Source: Sphagnum compactum
Lineage: Eukaryota
Reading direction: 5' to 3'
Length of the DNA stretch: 64,000 bases
Assembly: GCA_965153455.1 (NCBI GenBank)
Contig: OZ234493.1
Span: 34,958,213-35,022,212 of the forward strand
Shown one piece after another: positions 38,701-51,809 of the stretch. A program made the translations under genes and the position numbers. Under the pieces are notes generated by a model. That model ran no database searches. It was not told where the DNA came from and saw only the letters and a list, made by a program, of their open reading frames with translations. Each line of letters starts with the position of its first letter. Position 1 is the first letter of the stretch.

Positions 38701-41700
38701 TTTGTTGTCAAATTGATTCTAATAAGTTCTACTTGATTTCTTTGGCACAATGTCTACTACTGCAATCAAGGAAGGTAGATTGGTTGTTGTAGTAAATGAT
38801 TTAGATTTTGAAATTAAAGATGTTATGTTTGAAGCAAAGGTCTTCAACAAACATGGCACCTTTGATCGAATTGCAAATAGGATCATAAAGATTCAAGGTA
38901 CACATATTTACATTGTGATTGGCTAGACCTGGCAGTTTTGACCACAATCACCTTCAAGGTGAAATCACCTCATATACAAATGCATGCATTTGATAATGAA
39001 ATTTTTTGGCATATAATCAAAATCCAAGCAAGGGTTTGATAAATGTGACATGCACATTGTTACTATTGTTGAATTGACAACCATTGTGTTGTCAATTTTT
39101 AATTTCCAACTTGAATTGGTTCCTTTATTTTTTTCAAATTGATTCCATCAAGAAATTCAAAAATTATATCCAAAATTGGAATTTTGCTAGCATTACAATT
39201 GTTGTTATAAGAGAAAACAAGGGAAAACCTAGAGAAACAAGATCAACCTAAATCTAGGCAAGGAGAAACCTAAATCTAGAAAAACAATTGATGCTTGGAA
39301 ATGGAGAAGGATAATTTGACCAATATGTAAGTGCCATAGGCAACAATTTCCAACAAAATATGAGTAACGTTTGGAAGCTCACAATGGAGGTCAATGCACA
39401 ATGGTTTTAAATAAGAATGTTGCAACAACCTCAAAAGGCGACCACTTTTTGAAAGCAAAACATTACATATATTAAACAAGGCCATTAATGAAGGTGTTCA
39501 AATTCACCTTCTTCAATTACACAAAAAATTATCAAACATTCAACCAACATTAAAAAATGTATCAACCGGCCACTTGATATTTTATCTTCCACATTGGGTA
39601 CAAAAGTATTAAGTGGCCATTTGCTATTTTTATTTTTTATTTTTTTGAAAATTTTCTTCCACATTTTGGAAGTGAAGCCACCCAATGCTTTCTTTTTCAC
39701 TTGGGAGGAAACATTAGGTACTTGCTTGATCTTTTTTCTTTCATGTTGGGGACAAAAGTATGAAATGATTATTCAATTTATTTTTTGTCTATAGTATTTT
39801 TGGGGTTTTTTTTTCAAAGTTCATGGAAAACAATTAAGTGGCTACTCAATGCTTTTCCTCCAACATTTGGGATGTCATGCATCGAATAACTAACCACTAC
39901 TTTTCCTCCAATATTTGGTAGAATAAACATTGGGTAATCATTTGGTGTCTTTCTGATTTTTTTAAGAGATTTATTGCCAAATTTCGGAAAAAAAGTATCA
40001 AACATTTGCTCAATGTTTTATTCACAAGGTCACCTTATGTTTTTGTTCTCACATCAAGAGGAAAATGATTGAATGGTCGTTTAATACTTGGTTTTTCTTT
40101 TAATCCAAACATTCCCAAAAAAAACATTGGGGTTAAAAAATTGGGTTTTTTTTAGATTATTGGATGTGTAGGAAAATGTATGAAAAAACTTCCTTGCAAA
40201 AAATGAAGTTTACATATATGTATTGATTTTTTAAATTAATTTCGATCATGTGTTGGTTTTTAAAAATATTAATCCATTATTATTCATGCTATCGAGGTGT
40301 TGTCAAAGGCCAATCATGTGGCACTTGCATTCCAAAAACCTTGTGGAATTTCATGTAATTGATATCATCATCTCACCAATTGGTGATCTGCATTGTAATG
40401 TTTATTTTTCAAAACCAAATGTTTATAAATCTGACTTTTTCATGAGATCATTTCAACAAATGATGAATCTATTGTGTTGGCCATTGGGGTAAAAATACAC
40501 CCAAAGGAACTAAAACCATGTCAAATAGTCATGATGAAAACTATAAACTTTTTTACATGTGTTTTTGTTTTGACATTTAAAAGTTATGTTAAACATTCCA
40601 AGTTGTGTTAAACAACTAATACGAGTGTTGAATAATTTTAATTAAACATTCATTAAATTTAATTTGGACTCTAGTTTTAGTAAAAGGCTCTTGAATTTGA
40701 ACAACAACTACATCATAAGCATTCAATTTTGGGAAAAACTAAGGTAAATGACTCTTTTAATATAAAAATTTAAACAATGAATTTAAATATTTTTGCATAA
40801 TACATTAAATTTGGCTCAAATTTTAATAAATCAAAGATATTACTATCATAAAGTGCCCAATCAAAGTTTTTTTTTGGTGTGTGTGTGTGTTTAAAGTCAA
40901 TGAATGGATGGGATGTTCCATTTGAGTATTAACAACTTTTCCAACTTTTGTGATGGGCATTGCAATTTATGGAATGAAATTTCATTGCTGGGGATTTTTG
41001 TTATACTTTCAAGTTTTTTTGGGAAAAAATAATTATACATGAAAGTGTTCAACCAAAATTATAATATAAAAAATGTTCACATATATAGATTATTTCAATA
41101 CAAAAAACTATAAAATGATCACATTACAAATTCCAATGACGAATAATTGAAACTGGTATATGGGAGATTTTTTGGAATCCTTCATATGGTCATCCATGGA
41201 CCATTCCAAAGACAATTTAAGAAATAACTATCTCATTTTCAAAACTAATTACTTCATTTTTTTTAATAACTATTTTTTTTCCAATTAACTTTCTTAATAA
41301 CTATATCCCACCTTTCTTAATAACTACCTTCATTTTATAATTACCTCAGTTTTTTTCCCTATCCACCAACGTGGATATGAAAAAACAAATTAACATGTCG
41401 CTTTTCATGTCTGTGAAATGTGTATTAAGTTAAATTAAATTTTGACATTGACATAAGTAATGATGAATTATTGAAAACTATATGAAAACATAACAATAAA
41501 ATAGTATAATAAAAAAGTTGATTGTCACTAGTAGTGCACAACTCAAATTATTCAAAACATTTGAGTGTTCAAAAGAATTTTTTTTTTGTTTTGAAACCAA
41601 TTTTAGATCATCAAAATCAAGCTCGTTTTTTTCATTAGATTGCACATCATCACTTCTAAAAATTATGTTAGGAGCTACAACCAAATCCGCACCATGCAAA

Positions 41701-41818
41701 TTACATTATGTTTTGGGGATAAACTATTGAACATTACAACGAATCCAAATTGAAATGAGAAGTTGAACTTGTTTAAACATGCAATGGCTGATAAAAGAAA
41801 CCCTTATTAAATCGACGA

Positions 41819-41964
41819 GGGCCCAAGTCCCGAGTCGGTAAACCCTAGAAGAGAACATCCAAGTAGATGACGATCTGCAACATCTGTAACCCTAGTAGTA
41901 CATTTCATCCAATTAGACGATGATATAACATATGTAACCCTAAGTCTGGAGCTTCAAACCCTAA
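41819..41964 (+). promoter_or_regulatory. Site II element plus telo-boxes upstream of OSTC
   Basis: GGGCCCAA (TGGGCC on the minus strand) at 41819-41826, AAACCCTA at 41840-41847 and AAACCCTAA at 41956-41964. This is the known site II/telo-box pairing of plant housekeeping promoters. Confidence 0.55.
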
Positions 41965-42187
41965 TGGGCACAGCAGTCTTGAGAGGAGCGCACTTGATGC
42001 TTGCTTTCTCGTCGAAGCTCTCGACCGGAAGCGCGAATCTGGCGGGCACGGGTTTGATTGCGTGAGTGGATCAAGCGTTGTCGTCCAGAAGGGATTCATT
42101 GCGTCGTAGTGCTTTCTGAATCGATCTGAAACTTGGGTTGTTTTCAATCGCAAGAATCTGTTGTTGAATCGAAAGAGATCCAACAAA

Positions 42188-42646
42188 ATGGTGGATCCGG
42201 TTTTGCTCCTTCTCACAGTACCTTTCAAGGTGCTGCGGGTGCCAAGGCTCAGGTTGAAGGTGCCGACGCCGCAACTGCCATCCCCAATGCTGGTGTTTGG
42301 ACTGGTATTGCTGACCTACTTTTTGGTGATCTCAGGGTTTGTTTACGATGTGATTGTGGAGCCGCCGGGGATCGGGAGCAGACAAGATCCTCTCACGGGA
42401 GCTGTGCGGCCAGTCGTGTTTCTTCCGGGCCGTGTAAACGGCCAGTACATTATTGAAGGCCTTTCATCGGGTTTCATGTTCGTTCTTGGCGGCATGGGGA
42501 TTGTGATGTTGGATTTTGCCACTGATAAGACCAGAGCTCGGAGTGTGCGCCTTTCATGTGTTGCCGCCGGCGTCTCCTTTGTGGCCATAGCTTATGTCGT
42601 GAGCATACTTTTCATTCATATCAAAATCCCTCAATACTTGCGCTAG
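42188..42646 (+). CDS. OSTC: Oligosaccharyltransferase complex subunit OSTC/DC2, single exon
   Basis: 152 aa: PF.VLR.PRLRLK.P..LPSPM.VF..VLLTYFLV.SG.VYDVIVEPPGIGS.QD...G.VRPVVFL.GRVNGQYIIEGLSSGFMF...KIP.YL; three hydrophobic segments. Confidence 0.95.
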   Translation: MVDPVLLLLTVPFKVLRVPRLRLKVPTPQLPSPMLVFGLVLLTYFLVISGFVYDVIVEPPGIGSRQDPLTGAVRPVVFLPGRVNGQYIIEGLSSGFMFVLGGMGIVMLDFATDKTRARSVRLSCVAAGVSFVAIAYVVSILFIHIKIPQYLR

Positions 42647-44374
42647 CTAGTAGAGAGGCCTCCAAGACTGGAATATGCTTCTTCCTTGTTCGGTAACAGC
42701 CAAAAACTGCCGGCTCTTATGAGACTAGATTTCACTGCATGTTGTTCACCTCTTTTGTATTGAGAATTGTAGCCTTAATCCTTTGCAATCCCAGTATTTA
42801 GTAGGTCGACACACTTGCAGTTGAAGGATTTCTGGACACCTTTTTGGTGCTGTTTCTAAGTCCCCTCTCTGAGTTGCAGGCTGTCAGAATTGTCTTTGTC
42901 ACCAAGTTGGTCACAGTATGGACTCAAAAACCCTCACCCTCTCTGCATTAGAATCCCCTCACATGTGGTGAAGAAATTCCATGTTTGCTTGATCAATCAC
43001 CCTGTGGAAATGGACACACAAATGCAATGTTGTCATGTCCACCATTGCCTCCTTTAGTGCCTCAAGTGTTGGCCTGTGACCTTTTCCCACCACTGAAAAT
43101 TTGTCTGCAGATGAACTAGATTTTTCTTTGGCTGGGATTTTCCATTGCAACAGTAGATAGAACAATAGACTCTAAGCTATATAGTTCAAGCTATGGAAAG
43201 AAGTACCTGTTAAGGATTCAAGCAGACATCTTCATGACAGTTTTGTGCATTTGAAGCTGACAGAACATTAGACTTGAGGAGTCGATGCTTTCAGCTTTCT
43301 GCTCAGGATGGAAAGAGCAAACACACATTGTGAGAACAGCCTGGGTGTGTAAACGACAGTACTTACAGATTGTTTGAGTGTAGAGATTCCAGTGCTGTTT
43401 GTGATGATGAAAGGTGATGGTCCGACACTTCATGAGCAACTCTCATAAGCTTATGATTGCGCTCATTGTCATCTTACCTTGAAATCATTGTCATGGAAAT
43501 TTCTCTGCAATTTCATGGATATATATAGTGTTTTAAGTGTAAGAGACTAGAGACTGTCTTGGTAATGCACTTGGAGAAATTTCCTAGTGTATTTGGAGGG
43601 CACCGTATGCCTCATGCTTTACCATGGGTAAAGCCTATGTGTGTGGGACATTTCCAAAGTGTGGGACTGGCCTGGGCTACTTCCTCATCCTCGGTCCATT
43701 ACTTGGGGAATGCCCCCGGCCTGGGGATTTACCCTATGTTAAGCATTCAGAAAGGCTCTGGGAAAATGAACTATTATGAACTATTTCTTGAGTGCTGTTA
43801 TGTCAAGTTCTGTTTTGTAGTAGTCTGTTTTTCTCTTTTCTTTAGGGTTGGGGTTCTCTCTTTTTGATGCTTTCTGTTTGGTTTGTTAATATTTTGTTAG
43901 ATCTGAAATATCCATAACCTCATTATGGGGTATTCTCTCATCTCTTTTTAGATTGACGCAAATCAGAAGTATCAAGAAAATTTTATTACTTATGAAGAAG
44001 ATATGTAAGTTTCTTGAGTGCTAATTAATAAAGACATAACATAGGAGTCAAAACTCAGAGGTGCAACCCTGGAATAGTCCTTACTGGATTTTCCAATTGC
44101 ATAGGCATATGAGATGTCTATGAGCAGTTACGAAGCATGGGGCCATTCTGAGGTATAGCTTTCCTGGATGCACACTATGATGATGATTCCCAGCCAATTT
44201 CCTTGCTGAGTAACAAGTTGTAATGAAAGTTGGTTTGTACTTTGTCAGTTTCATTTTCCTTGAATACGAAGAGAAAATGGTTGTTATGAACCCACTTTCT
44301 CCCTGGCTGAACAAAGAACACTGCCCATCAAAGCCTTTTACTCTGCTTTTCAACTAGCAAGAATCAACATCCGC

Positions 44375-44608
44375 ACGCATCCACAGGCTTTTGTACAAAG
44401 GATACAAGCATATGACTAACAACTAACATCACATTTGGCTTGGTGCCTACATTTCAGTTGCACCAAGGGATAAATTTGCAGTCAAGAGTAAACGCATCCA
44501 CAGGCTTTTGTACAAAGGATACAAGCATATGACTAACAACTAACATCACATTTGGCTTGGTGCCTACATTTCAGTTGCAACAAGGGATAAATTTGCAGTC
44601 AAGAGTAA
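44375..44608. repeat. Near-perfect 117-bp tandem duplication
   Basis: ACGCATCCACAGGC...GTCAAGAGTAA at 44375 and 44492; one mismatch seen (GCACC vs GCAAC). Confidence 0.92.
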
Positions 44609-46984
44609 AGTCGAGTTTGTGAAGATTGATTTCCAAGTCCAAGAGGCAATTGTGAGCAGGACACAAGCTCTTTGTTTTCATACCAAGAAAAACATGGCAA
44701 ACATGAAACAAGAGCAACATACGGTCTGCAACACACCTTAATAGTCAAGGTTGTGGACTTTGATGACCCAATCTGGAACGCGAACCTCTTTGTTTACCAG
44801 GCTTGCCTTCCCACCTGCCCACCCTTTCAACTCCTTCCCCTCGACTCCAAAATATCACCTTTTCCTTAGGGCAAGATCATTCGTGGGCCCGTCTTCTCCT
44901 TGGCCCAATAGGCCCATTATTTTCCTAGGGAATGTCTTCTCCCCGGGCTCATCCCCTCTTCAACGAAACCCATGCACCCATCTTCTTTCTATGGCCATCC
45001 CTTCTTCAATGAAACCCATGCACCCATTTTCTCCTCAAGAAACATATTGTCCCCAAGCTACATCCTCTGCTTGACCCATCTCTCCTTGGGGAATTGTCTT
45101 CATCACTCCCTTGGGAATCGTCTTCTCCTTGGCCCCTTTTCACCTTTGAAGCCACATCCTTTCCCGACCCCATTTTCTCCTTAGGGAATCGTCTTTTCCT
45201 TGAGCTCACCTTCTCCTTGGCTACAGGCCATCTTCAGGGACACATCTTTTCTTCGACCTATCTTTTCTTCAACATGTCTTCTCCTCAAGGATCCATCTTC
45301 ACCCTTTGGCCACATCCTCTCCCTAGTCATTGTCCATCCTTAGGGACACATTTTTTCTTCGATTTTCCCCAAAATGTTTTAAAATTTGTCATGCATAATG
45401 TTTTCAATGAAAAGCTCATTATTGCATGTAAGGATAGTTTTCATCACAAAACCCATATGGCACATCCAGTTATTGATATCCACCAAGTTCCCCTGAAAAG
45501 AGACATTATCCATCCATTTTTGGGGAAGAATTAAAGTTTGTGAAGTGACAATGTTTCATTTCATTATGGTTGATACAAAGTTGACGACAACATCAAAATT
45601 CTTCTATCCCCGTGGATGGAAGGAATTCGCACCTTACAAGCAAGGTTCAATCTTTCTAAATACACTATTCATTCCACTAATATTTGATACATTTTATTCC
45701 CTGTCACAATTTGAGTGAACATTATCCCACTTTTGTTTTTACATGTTGCACATTTGTAGTTTAGTTCTCGACATTGTGAATTGAGGCATCTAATGTTACT
45801 ACAAAAATGATTAATTTTATAGTTAATGTTATATTTGTGAAGTTTGATGGTCCATCTGATGTGTCGAAAACAAACATTACATCTTTGTATTTTGAATTGC
45901 AACACCCTCCTTAAGGTTGCTTCAATTGCCACAAAGTTTGTTGGGTCAAGAACAAGATAAGTGAGCAAGGCTTCCACACACATTATTCCATAAACACATA
46001 GTCATTCCATGGTCACGTGTACCTAACTTTCTAGATGGCAAATGTAATTGATATGGTGAAGAAACTCAATTTGTTTTAAAGAAATGTACATCAATTCCTA
46101 TTATTTTGTTTGAAGCGCCTAGCATCAATAGTTGCCTCCCAATGTCGACATATCATTGTGTCTTTGGCCTTGAAAACAAACAAGTGGAAAACCTAGCAAT
46201 GGATTGGCCAAGAAGCTAACCTTAAGACGAGCAAAACAAGTGCACAATGAATCCATCAAAACTAGTTGCCGATGTAACTTTAAGGTTGGGTAGAGTTATG
46301 TTGCACTTGACCTTGGGCTTCTAAATTATTATTACATGGAACATGTTGGCAACCAAGATGTTCCTTATCATGGGCGTTGGGCCACAATGTTTAAAGGTAT
46401 GTGTTTAAAATATGCACCATGATTAGGGCAAGCCATGAAATATTGGATCATGGCACTACTACAATTCATGGTTTTTTTATTGGGTTTTTTAATAATGTTT
46501 TTAAAAATGACAAGTGTAACCGTATCAATATGAACAAGTTGATTTGGACTTGCTAGCATGACTAGGTAGTCAATTTTGACCTTGTCGTTTTGATTAACAA
46601 AGTGATTGATATAATGAATAATTATTTGAGTAGTAGACAATGCATTATTTGATTAGGTCGAATTTATACTTAAATATTTTTTAAATTAATAGGTAGGTAG
46701 TAAATATGTCTAGGTAGGTCGAAAAAATGCCTTTAAGTAGGTAGGTGTTAACTTAGCCTAGCCTAACCTAATTAACCTAATTTCACTTCACCGAAATACC
46801 TTAGTTTAACCTACCTACCCTAGCCTTCTAAGCATGCACATAAGTTGCAAATATAAGGAATTGATCCCAAACCTTAACAATGATAAACCAAGTCCTTACC
46901 AATGGACTACATCACAAAAGTTCAACTTTTGTCAATTTTTTTAATTTCACACATTTATTTCACATCACTTAACATAGTTGTTAA

Positions 46985-47560
46985 ACTTAAGCAACAACTA
47001 AAGGTTAAGCGTAATGGCTAAACCAAATGATTAAACCTAATGGCTAAACTTAGTGATTTCTAATGCCTAAACATTGGTTAAACTTAATGATTAAATCTAG
47101 TAGTTAAATATAGTGGTTAAACTTAGTTGAAAAACCTAATGGTTAAACTTTGGCTAAACCTAATGACTAAATATAATGGTTAAACCTAGTGACTAAAAAT
47201 AATGACTAAACTTTAGCTAAACATAATATCTAAATTTAAACTAAATCTAGTGCTTGAATCTAATGGTTAAACATAATGACTAAAACTTGAATAAACATAA
47301 TGGTTAAACGTAAGCTAAACTTAATGGCTAAACATAATAGTTAAATTTTGGTTAAACATAGTGACTAAACCTGAACTGAACATAGCAGGTAAATTTAATG
47401 GTTCAACTTAAGTTATATTTAATGGTTAAATTTAGGCTAAACATAATGGCCAAATCTAATGGCTCAACTTAGGTTAAACCTAACGCCAAATCTAATGGCT
47501 AAACATAACTATTACACTTAATGATTAAACCTAATTGTTAAAATTTGATTAAACTTTAAA
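46985..47560. repeat. Degenerate ~13-bp AT-rich minisatellite
   Basis: Dozens of TGG(T/C)TAAAC(C/A/T)TAA units. Confidence 0.8.
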
Positions 47561-48240
47561 TTTTCAAATCCTAATAAATTGTCATTTTGTTTTTTCAATG
47601 CAAACAATTTTTAGACCTTGATTTGGCACAATCACAACCGTTTTGATTGCTCAAAACAGACACAAAATGAGGAAGAAATGGTTGCCAAAAGTAAGCAAGG
47701 TTAGTGTTTGGTCATTGGCCTAATTCATACTTTAAGATTCAACACATTTGTCTTTTTCATGGCTCTTCTATGTTGTTCCTTCACCTTTAAAGCTCAAATT
47801 GTTAATATAGATTTTAATCTGGTGCACCCATAACACTTTAAATTACTAAAAACAAATTAAAAAAAAGATATTAATTCGAAATCAATTGTTTCAAAACTCT
47901 AGTTGTAAAATAGTGAGGTTTCCATTGACATGATTTCTCATAATGCAATGACATATGAAGGTTGGGGTATTCTGTTTTATAAATTTGATCATAAATTACA
48001 AGAGAAAACAACACTAATTCAAGGTTAAAAAATTCAACCCAAACGTTCACATTTTACTTCAAAGTCTGACAAAAAAAATGTCGTTTCACAAAGAGATTCA
48101 CCAAATATAAAAACTTAAAATTGAAAATTGTGTTACCATATTTTATTTGTACACCCCAACCATCATTTGCCTTAATTTAATTGGATTCATCAATTTGTTG
48201 TGAAGGCACATTCAAATTCAAAACTAAAGTAGATAATTAG

Positions 48241-48560
48241 CCCACTCTAGTCACCCGTGCTCATCCAAAATCTGTAACGGGTTTTTCTCAACTGGTGCAC
48301 TGGTGGGTGGCTGGGTCACTCTGGTCGCCCGTGCTCATCCAAATTCCATAACGGGTTTTTCTCAACTGGTGAACTGGTGGGTGCTGCTGGGTCACCCTGG
48401 TCGCCCATGCTCATCCAAATTCCATAACGGGTTTTTCTCAACTGGTGAACTGGTGGGTGCTGGGTCACTCTGGTCGCCCATGCTCATCCAAATTCCATAA
48501 CGGGTTTTTCTCAACTGGTGCACTGGTGGGGTGCTGGGTTATTCTGGCCACCAGAGTGGG
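48241..48560. mobile_element. MITE-like element made of about 4.3 tandem 73-76-bp units bounded by inverted ends
   Basis: Units (G/A)TGCTCATCCAAA...GGTCACTCTGGTCGCCC at 48257, 48331, 48407 and 48480. The left end CCCACTCTAGT is the reverse complement (one mismatch) of the right end ACCAGAGTGGG. Confidence 0.7.
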
Positions 48561-49941
48561 TATTTCACTTTTCAGAACGCTGCCCTCCCTGGGCCCCCCT
48601 CCCCCTCCCTTTTGCTGAGGAGGAGATATTCCGCTGTATAATGTGCACTCCAGATACACTAGAATTTTCTGTCGGTTCTTGACCTTTACGGTAATGACCG
48701 GGCCACAAGGAATTATTATAAGTTTTATTTTTTCTTATTTTCTACTCTTTATTTGGTTTCTTCTTTTTTGTAATTTTTTTTCTTGTAAAATGATTTTACT
48801 GTATTTCCCTTTCCTTGTTTCATTTGTTTCCATTCCTTTTTTATAGTTTTTGTGTTTTTACTTTTTTTGTTTATGTTTGTTTCATGTTTTAATTTTTTCT
48901 ATTCTTATTTTGTCTATCTTCATTTTTTTTCTATTTTTATGCGTTTATTTATTTATTTAGTTTCTATTTTCTTTTCCAAAAAAATTCTAGTTTGAACCCC
49001 GTGCCTAATGCACAGGTGTGTTATTTCAACAATGTTTGGTTCATGTTTTAGTTTTTTTGAAAAACTTTTATCTTATTTATTTATTTATTTATTTTTGTGT
49101 TTTGTGTTTTATTTTATTTTGTATAATAAAAATAAAGTGTTTCTTTTTCACTTTTGTATTTTTGTTTATTTGGATGCAACTTTGAAGTTTGGAGAAAGAA
49201 GACACACCTCATTCTTTTTCAAGTAGGGTTTTTCTTCATAACACTGTAAGAAACGAGGTGAGCCTGTCCAGTGGCCCTCCGTACTATATATACATCATGA
49301 AATTTCTCTTCCAAATTTCCCAAGAATTGAAAGCCGCACTAGTTGACTACCTATTTGGCCTTTGTTGCCAACTATTGTTTCCGGGAAGCTAGAACCATCA
49401 TGCACTCCTAGACAACATGGGCGGTAGTTGTGTGCTTGAGCTTACTTCCCAGAAAGACCATTTCCGAAAAGCACCATATGTCGGTCACAAAAAAAAAGAA
49501 AGCAATTGAGCTAACCGCCATGGTGAGCTAGGGAACTTGAACTAGTGACTCCTTTTTCTCTTTGCCTTCCACCCCTTGTCGACCCTCTTTCCAATTCTTG
49601 TTTTTGTGTTGGGTAAGGCCGTAATGGGGGTAGGGTGTTACGAGAATAAGGGGCCCATGCAAGGCGGAGTCCAACCCAACCTCAGTTTGGGAATGTCCTC
49701 CCCAAAGGACGGCGGCCTTACTACAGGTAATTAAAATATCCATTTTGCATTAAAAAGTATCTTTAGGCAAAAGAAGAATTACAGAAACTCAAATATTTCA
49801 CCCGGCCAAAATATACCTAATCTTCAAAAAAATCCTCTAAAAGAAACCAAAATCCTTCAAGATATTATAATTCTATATAACTAATCTCAAGTTTCAACAC
49901 AAGCCAAAATATATCATCTTCCAAAAATCCTAATATAAAAA

Positions 49942-50232
49942 GGAAAATTTTAAATTCACACCTTTTTTGGTTTAATTCACACCCTTTCTTCGTGCGTCCG
50001 ATTATATGCAGGCTCTAAGAACAAGACAAGCACGACCAGAGACAAGTCTCACTTTGAATACGTGGAAGGACGCAAGTGTGGGGTCTGTGGTCAATCAGGG
50101 CACAACTCGAGAACTTGCTCGCAGAAGTAATTGAACTGATAAAGGAACACACTCTTAAAGTTTAATCTGCATAAAATCGGAGGCGCGAAGGGTGTGAATT
50201 TAACCAAAAAAGGTGTGAATTTAAAAATTTCC
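49942..50232 (+). mobile_element. Internally deleted Mutator-like (MULE) element, ~290 bp, with ~65-bp TIRs and a CCHC zinc-knuckle remnant
   Basis: Left GGAAAATTTTAAATTCACACCTTTTTTGGTTTAATTCACACCCTT...CCGATTATATGCAG matches the reverse complement of right CTGCATAAAATCGG...AAGGGTGTGAATTTAACCAAAAAAGGTGTGAATTTAAAAATTTCC. The interior encodes GSKNKTSTTRDKSHFEYVEGRKCGVCGQSGHNSRTCSQK*. Confidence 0.8.
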
Positions 50233-50831
50233 AAAAAAAATAGACCTATTATTATTACCTAGAGGGGCCAAAATCCCTTCAGCTACTATACTCTATAGTG
50301 AATCTAAACACAACAATATCCTTCTTGCCTTGGTCGGCAATGCCAATAAAAAATGATACCCGTGAGTGACCAATAGGTAGGGTGTTCTTAAGAAGGGCTA
50401 TTCGTTCAGGCCAAAAATAGCAGCAGCCAATTTTAGGAATATAATTTTTTTTCAAGTTGTGTTTGGTAGGTATGGAGTGAAGGGGCTGGCCTCCCTTTTT
50501 TTAACAGCCATCGGGCTTTCCAATTTATAAAAGCTATCCTTATTAAAAGTGACCCTATCTTTGGGCCCTAGTTTGACCCCTCTAAGGCCCTGTTTCATCC
50601 CCAATTTGAGTTGGTACCATACCGATTCTGAAACTGAGTATTATTATTAATTCACAAGGACTTGCAAGATTTTTTAAAAGTTTTTTATATGACCAAGAAT
50701 TTGAGCAGTAGTTAGTACCTCTTAGTCTTCAGCACGGGCTTGAGAAATCTGGACTGGGGTTGAAACTCTTTTGAACACTGGTTATTTCATCCATGCGCTT
50801 TTCCCAACCAAACGCTCTCCGACTCAGCACT

Positions 50832-51417
50832 AGCAACCTTTATTTTTGCTGGCTATATATAGCCAAAAAGCTAAATTAAAAAATTAAAACCGCCAAAAGA
50901 CTGATTTTTGAGATTTTAAATAGCCATAATTCGACCAAAATGTAAAAAAAAATTGCCAAATCTCTATACATGGTTCAAGTATGTAGCCAAAAATATAGAA
51001 GGATGTTTTAAAAATTTTACTTTCGCATTTAGCTTGTAGTCAAATTTGGCTAAATCTTCTTGTGGATCATCACCGCTATGGCTACATAACAAAATTGACC
51101 AAAAAAAAAAACACACTGCTCCTGGAGCAGTGTTTTTTTTTCACAATTTTGTGTTATAGCTAAAGTGACAATGATCCATATGAAGACTTAGCCAAATTTG
51201 GCTACAAGCTAAATATGAAAGTAAAATTCTAAAAAATTCTTCTATATTTTTGGCTACCTACTTGAACCATGTATAGAGAGAGATCTGGCAATTTTTCTTT
51301 AAATTTTGGTCGAATTATGGCTATTTTGAATCTCAAAAAGCAGTTGATTTTAGTGCTTTTAATTCTTAATATAGCTTTTTGGCTATATATAGTCAGCCGA
51401 AAAAAAAAGGGCTGCTC
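50832..51417. mobile_element. Two family A MITE-like copies in inverted orientation forming a ~585-bp palindrome
   Basis: Arms 50832-51122 and 51124-51417 are reverse complements along their length; the centre is CACTGCTCC-T-GGAGCAGTG at 51123. Confidence 0.88.
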
Positions 51418-51809
51418 CGCGGGTAAGCAGTAAGCACCCGTAGTACGAAGTGACGGACGAACCGTTCACTGCGGCCGTGCAACGGGTGATGGAGTTGACG
51501 CCCAATCCTTCGTTCGTTCGTCATGTGCAGAAGTGGGGCCCAAGCGACTTTCATGTCCGAGGAAAGTGCCAACGGTGTCGCAAGAGCAACCGTGTGGGGC
51601 CTTTGGCATTTTCCGCCTCCTCAGGAAACGGAAGAAGAGGGGAACGCTGCTGCCGCACAACTCTCTTTTGTTCTTTGAACTTTCTTTGGAGCTTGCTCCC
51701 GCGTTTGCGCGTTCCGGAATAGTCTCGCTTGGCGGGTAAGATGTCTTTTGAGGCTGTTGAGGCTTTGGAAACAGAGGTTAGGTTTACAGCAGAGAATTTT
51801 ACCTGAGAG

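Noticed and set aside
38700-41750. Possible decayed transposase fragments
   Set aside because: Short stop-riddled frames with no motif I can name.
44650-46650. Pyrimidine-rich ORFs and a possible TE relic
   Set aside because: Compositional bias can explain the ORFs; no recognisable domain or termini.
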